A stretch of DNA of 62,916 nt, the filler included, from Thraustochytrium aureum (lineage: Eukaryota): the NCBI GenBank assembly GCA_012862495.1. It is 3 parts of one record of this genome, joined end to end, with 100 filler letters (N's around TTAATTAATTAA, not from the genome) between each part and the next. Parts side by side here need not be neighbours in the genome. Positions count along the whole stretch, not along the records: positions 46,200 to 62,916 come from BLSG01000182.1; 2 more parts are not named here. The stretch is one strand, 5' to 3'. Below are positions 57,699 through 62,916 of this stretch, one piece after another; position 1 is the first letter of the stretch; each line of letters begins with the position of its first letter. The notes beneath the pieces were generated by a model. That model saw nothing but the letters and a program-made list of their open reading frames with translations, was not told where the DNA came from and made no database searches. The translations under genes were made by a program, and so were the position numbers.

Positions 57699-59056
57699 CT
57701 TCGAGCCGCTCTGCGCTTGCTTGCCAGACAATTGCCGGAGGCGGACCTCGAGAGCAATCCGCGCGACTTGCGGTGGGCACTCGAGCGCGAGCTGGCAGGC
57801 TCGCTCAACCTACAACACAGCTGGCTGGCTGGCAAGCTCTAGCTCTAGCGAGTTTCACTGCGTCCCTGCGCACGGGCCGTCAATTGGTGACTGTCTGCTG
57901 CCAGCTCGATTCGTGCCTAGCGCTCTCGCGGGCCGCACGCCAATCTGTTCTCGCGCAGCATCGCTTTCGAGAAGCGATGTCCGAAAAGCGCCAGATGCCC
58001 CACGCTGCCCACGAACAACACCTTATTCTCCCTGTTCTTTTGCGCAAAAAGTGTGCTCTACCGGCGAAACCGCAAGGGCTCGGGGCGGGGATGCCAGTTC
58101 ACCCGTTGCCGCTGCGCTCGCCGAATGCCCCGCGTGAACGCCGTCGCGTTCCTGCGAGCTCTGCCCTGCCCTGCCCTGCGCCAGCTCGGACGCGGCGGCG
58201 CGCAGGTCCGCAGGCCTTGGTCGTCGGGGAGCTGCTTTTCGGCCGCATGCGTGGGTGGATGCATGCGACCGACGGCATCTTCGAGCGCTCGCTCACGTCT
58301 AGCCGGCCAACGCGGGCCGTTGACGCCGAGCTTGGCAAGCTCAAGGTTGACGAGCTCGGCGCGCAACCGGAGCAAGCCTCCGAAGCAAGCAAGCTCCTGC
58401 AGCGCGAGCTCGTCCGGCATGGCGTGTCTGTCTCCCATGTCATTCATGTCACTGAGCCAGGCGCTGCGCGGGTCGAGCGAGCGGAGGCGCGCGATGGCCT
58501 CCTTCCGAAGGCGGTTGAGAACAACAACTCGATTTCAAGTGATCGGTGTTCGTTTGTTCGCTGGTGCTGGGCCGGGCGCATTTAGGGCGGTTGAGCGGTG
58601 GTTGGTGGTGGTTGTTGTCGTTGCGTGGGGACGCGGCAGAGNNNNNNNNNNNNNNNNNNNNNNNNNNNNNNNNNNNNNNNNNNNNNNNNNNNNNNNNNNN
58701 NNNNNNNNNNNNNNNNNNNNNNNNNNNNNNNNNNNNNNNNNNNNNNNNNNNNNNNNNNNNNNNNNNNNNNNNNNNNNNNNNNNNNNNNNNNNNNNNNNNN
58801 NNNNNNNNNNNNNNNNNNNNNNNNNNNNNNNNNNNNNNNNNNNNNNNNNNNNNNNNNNNNNNNNNNNNNNNNNNNNNNNNNNNNNNNNNNNNNNNNNNNN
58901 NNNNNNNNNNNNNNNNNNNNNNNNNNNNNNNNNNNNNNNNNNNNNNNNNNNNNNNNNNNNNNNNNNNNNNNNNNNNNNNNNNNNNNNNNNNNNNNNNNNN
59001 NNNNNNNNNNNNNNNNNNNNNNNNNNNNNNNNNNNNNNNNNNNNNNNNNNNNNNNN

Positions 59057-59670
59057 TCGCCGCACTTTGTGGAGATGGTAGAGAAGCTCAAGGAGCTGTG
59101 GCGGTCGCAGCAGGCCGAGATGGAGGCGCTCGACATCGGGTCCAAGCAGGACTTTAAGCACCACAACGACCTGCCGCTGGCGCGCATCAAGAGGATCATG
59201 AAGTCGGATGAGGACGTGCGCATGATCAGCGCAGAGGCTCCGATCCTGTTTGCAAAGGCCTGCGAGCTGTTCATCCTCGAGCTCACGGTCCGCGCCTGGA
59301 CTTTTTCCGAGTTCAACAAGCGGAGCGGGCTGGAGAAGGTAAGTGCTGGCCGAGCGAGCGCCGCGCGGGACGCGATATCAGCTGACGCTTGTGGCGGCCT
59401 GGCTCTGGAGCGCAGGACGACATCTTCCAGGTGCTGCAGTCGACGGATATCTTTGACTTTTTGGCCGAGGTAATTATCCACGAGCCGGAGAGGCACGGCG
59501 GCGAGGGGATGCCCATGCCGGCGCCGGCTCCCGCCCCGGGCTCGCGCCCAGCGCCCGGGGCCTCGTCAAGTTCGTCGACTTCATCGACTTCGTCTAGCGC
59601 AGGTGTAAAAACGGAAAGAAGCGTTGACGACTGTTTTATTTCGCGTGTTTTGACGCGTTGTTGGCGTTGA
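59057..59670 (+). CDS. NFYC: NF-Y subunit C (HAP5) histone-fold factor; intron 59339-59415; 5' end in gap
   Basis: DLPLARIKRIMKSDEDVRMISAEAPILFAKACELFILELTVRAW...NKR...|DDI....STDIFDFL. Confidence 0.93.
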
Positions 59671-61425
59671 CGCGTTGTTTGTTTTGACGCGTTGTTGTGT
59701 TGAGTTTTAGGCACTCTAGCTAGTTTGTGATCGGGCCGCGCGCGCCAAAACTGCTGCGCCAGCTTCTCGACTTGCTGCCAGCGAGCCTCGTTGCTGCAAC
59801 GCGCTTGAATCTGGAGCATTGTCGCCCTCGTCCTGCTTTCGGTGCCACCTGCGCGAACATCAGAACAGCAGGACAGCGGCAATGTACTAGTATGCCGGAC
59901 GTCCTGACTCGTGAGCCGCGTCACGCCGCCCACCGCCGCAATCCAGTCGGTCAATGAAAGTCGGTCTTTCGAGGCCAGGAGATCTTTTCGGCACGACCCT
60001 CACTGCCCACTTCGCGCACCGCCCACCCTCTCCACGATCAAATCCGCCTCCGAGTGCGTGTCCACGGTGATGGCCTTGCGGGCTACCAGCCATTTCTTTG
60101 TGAATCCATGCGTGACCAACTCCAGGCCCCTCTCTGAACGGCGAGCGAGACCGGGCGTGCGTGCGTGCGAGGTGGGCGTGCGTGAGCTCAGCCGCGTGCG
60201 AGAGCGGCCTGCGCGTGGCTTGACGCTCTCAATGCACTAGTGGATGGATGGACGGAAAGCCAGATGGTCGCCAAAAGGTCATCTCCTGCCCGGTTGTTGA
60301 GACTCGGAGGACTAGACTTGCACGCCTTTCGCCCGCTGATGAGCGGGGCAAAACGCAGTCATGTCCAGGTGTGCGCGAATCCAGTGAAACTTGCCCGCGA
60401 AAGTGCGGTGAGCGAGAGGGAGAAACTGTGGCATCATGGGGCCGCCTGGGCTGGACAATCCATCCTCCTTTTCGGCGGGCCAGCACAGAGGTGGTCCTGC
60501 TTGCTTGCTTGCCTGCCCGCCTCGTGGTCTTTCCTGTTCTGGCTCTGCGGCGCATGAGTGCGTGCTCCTGAGGCAGCGCGTGAAGGGAATCCTCCAGCCT
60601 GAGCTTGTTGTATTATTTTAGTTTTTAGGTTTTTTGCATGGTGAGTGGAGAGGATCCGCATGTTTGGTCAACACGTGTGCATCCGAGCCGGACGAGCGTG
60701 CATTTAGATAGCACCATGCCAGACTGCCACAAGCCCGTTCCTCGCTCTCTCTTGCGAGCGAGGGTGTTTTCCTTCTTTCTTTCTTTCTTTCGTGGATGCT
60801 CTACTAGTAGATGCTCTGCACTCCGCGCCTGCAGCTCTCCAGTTTCTGCAGGCAAGGTGGTTCTCCTTGAACATGCTCCGTCGGCGAGGTTTTCCAGGTG
60901 CCCTCGCGCAGCAGCTCGTGCAAGCAGTCTGGCTCGAAGCGCATGCAGCCATTGGCAGCGCTGCAGAGCAGACCCATCGGATCGACCAGAAATACCTCTC
61001 TGTCACTGCATAGTGGCCAGGCCCGCCTTCCCCTCTGTTGGGCAAGACTCCAGCGGTTGACTGCTGTCCGAGAGTCCACTCCTCACCGGTTTGTTCGAGT
61101 TGACTGCTTGCTGTCTGTGATGCCACGAACGAGTTCGAGTCGTCACACTGAATGGTCGCAACACGGGGCGCACTGACACCTGCAAAGCCGCAACATCGAG
61201 CCGAGATCCAAACGCATTCGCACGACGAGCGCAGCCAGGCTCACGGCCACAAGCAGCGGGCACTGGCAGGCAGGCAACCAGGCGGGCTGGCAGACAGGCA
61301 GGCACCGATCACTGCGATCGAAGACGGTCAACGACTCTGAGACCGTGTTCAGGCCTCCACCGCGTCAGCACCAATAGTGCCAGCACCAGCACCAGCACCA
61401 GCTGCTGCAGCACTGGGCAGCCAAG

Positions 61426-62916
61426 ATGTGCGGCATCATCGCATACCTCGGCGGCGGCGACACGATGGGGATCNNNNNNNNNNNNNNNNNNNNNNNNNNN
61501 NNNNNNNNNNNNNNNNNNNNNNNNNNNNNNNNNNNNNNNNNNNNNNNNNNNNNNNNNNNNNNNNNNNNNNNNNNNNNNNNNNNNNNNNNNNNNNNNNNNN
61601 NNNNNNNNNNNNNNNNNNNNNNNNNNNNNNNNNNNNNNNNNNNNNNNNNNNNNNNNNNNNNNNNNNNNNNNNNNNNNNNNNNNNNNNNNNNNNNNNNNNN
61701 NNNNNNNNNNNNNNNNNNNNNNNNNNNNNNNNNNNNNNNNNNNNNNNNNNNNNNNNNNNNNNNNNNNNNNNNNNNNNNNNNNNNNNNNNNNNNNNNNNNN
61801 NNNNNNNNNNNNNNNNNNNNNNNNNNNNNNNNNNNNNNNNNNNNNNNNNNNNNNNNNNNNNNNNTTGAGGGACGAAGCGCATGGAGTACCGCGGGTACGA
61901 CAGCAGCGGAATCGCCGTTGTGTGCCCCGAGAAGACCGTCTTACACGTGGAAAAACGCGCCGGCAAGGTGGCCAACCTGCGAAACGCCACCGCCGGCAGG
62001 CCCGAGATGCACAAGGCCTCGCTCGGGATCGCCCACACGCGCTGGGCAACGCACGGCCCGCCCTCGGACCGCAACGCCCACCCCCACACGTCCAACTGTG
62101 GCAAGCTGGCCATCGTGCACAACGGCATCATCGAAAACTACCAGGAGCTCAAGAGCGAGCTCGTGCAGCTCGGGTACAAGTTCCAGAGCGAGACCGACAC
62201 CGAGGTGCTTGCCATCTTGATCCGCCACGAGCAAAACGCCGACCCCTCGCTGCGCCTCGACGCCGCCGTCGGCCTCGCGCTGGCCCAGGTTCGCGGGGCC
62301 TACGGCGTCGCCGTCGTGGACGAATCCGAGCCCGACCTCCTGGTCGGCGCGCGCAAGGGGTCGCCCCTGATCCTCGGCATCGGCGAAAACTCGTTCGTGC
62401 TCGCCTCGGACGCGACCGCCGTGGTGGGGCTCACCGAGCAGGTCATCTACCTCGAGGACGAAGACATCGTGCGCTGCGTCCGCACCAGCAAGGCGGCGGG
62501 CGGGGCGCCAGAGTACTCTTTCCACATCGGGTCGCTCAACGAGGGGCGCTTTGTGAACAGCAGCAGCAGCAGCGACGAGGACTCTGCCTCCGAAAGCGGG
62601 GCCAGCTGCAGCGGGCTCCGCAACAGCGACAGCGACTCGGAGGCCAGCTCGCAGGCCCTTTCCGCTCGCGGGGGGCCCGGGCGCGCCAGGCGGTGCGCAA
62701 CAACATGCAAAAGTTCTTCAGCTACTCGGCTGCGCCCCAGGTCCACCGCGAGATGCACAAGCTCACCATGAACGTCGAGACCATCGAGAAGGGCGGCTAC
62801 GAACACTTTATGCTCAAGGAGATCATGGAGCAGCCCCGCGTCCTCCGCGAGAGCATGCGCACCCGCGTCGACCCCAAGACCGGCCTCATCTCGCTCGCCA
62901 GTCTCGCCCCAGTCAT
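61426..62916 (+). CDS. glmS: Glutamine-fructose-6-phosphate aminotransferase (GlmS/GFAT), partial; frameshifts near 61874 and 62675
   Basis: N-terminal nucleophile MCGI, MEYRGYDSSG, GIAHTRWATHG, NAHPH, VHNGIIENY, SETDTEV, ARKGSPL, and IEKGGYEHFMLKEIMEQP. Confidence 0.95.

Noticed and set aside
58058..58520. Possible small gene between TPR-Aha1 and NF-YC
   Set aside because: ORFs on both strands are about equally plausible with no motif, so it cannot be called.
59700..61400. Short ORFs upstream of glmS, or a glmS ribozyme
   Set aside because: There is no consistent coding bias and no recognisable ribozyme core. An Infernal search with the Rfam glmS model would be needed.
4290..62680. About 10 frameshifts in conserved genes (ABC, SHPRH, PDR, ARM, Zn2Cys6, TPR-Aha1, GlmS) read as pseudogenes or programmed frameshifting
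   Set aside because: Several lie in short homopolymer runs, motifs on both sides are intact, and no shared slippery motif was seen. Sequencing indel error is the simplest explanation.

Overview
GC-rich, gene-dense eukaryotic draft assembly with many N gaps and short GT-AG introns carrying CTRAC branch points. The mix of ciliary genes (B9D2, CFAP157-like), a Zn2Cys6 factor, an RGS-kinase and a PDR-type ABCG suggests a flagellated protist, most likely a thraustochytrid/labyrinthulomycete (inference). Two artificial 100-nt linkers (44N-TTAATTAATTAA-44N at 20837-20936 and 46100-46199) split the window into three segments whose adjacency is not guaranteed. About 10 frameshifts in conserved genes look like sequencing indels. 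Segment 1 holds a secreted protein, a half ABC transporter, a DOT1-like methyltransferase, B9D2, a CFAP157-like protein, a C2 protein, SHPRH, an importin-alpha-like protein and an SH3-IQ protein. Segment 2 holds a pseudokinase-like region, a lipase-type hydrolase, a Neverland/DAF-36-like Rieske oxygenase, a PDR ABCG, an ARM protein, a Zn2Cys6 factor, an ABA4-like protein, a family-16 methyltransferase, RIT1 and TFIIH p44. Segment 3 holds a MYB factor, a GRK-like kinase, AFG1, Ric-8, a TPR-Aha1 fusion, NF-YC and GlmS/GFAT. The best lead is a possible sterol handling neighbourhood (hydrolase, Neverland, PDR ABCG, Zn2Cys6). Other leads are a GRK plus C-terminally short Ric-8 pair and a bacterial-looking GlmS. 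No rRNA, tRNA, CRISPR array or transposase was recognised. All family calls come from reading motifs by eye, not from database searches.
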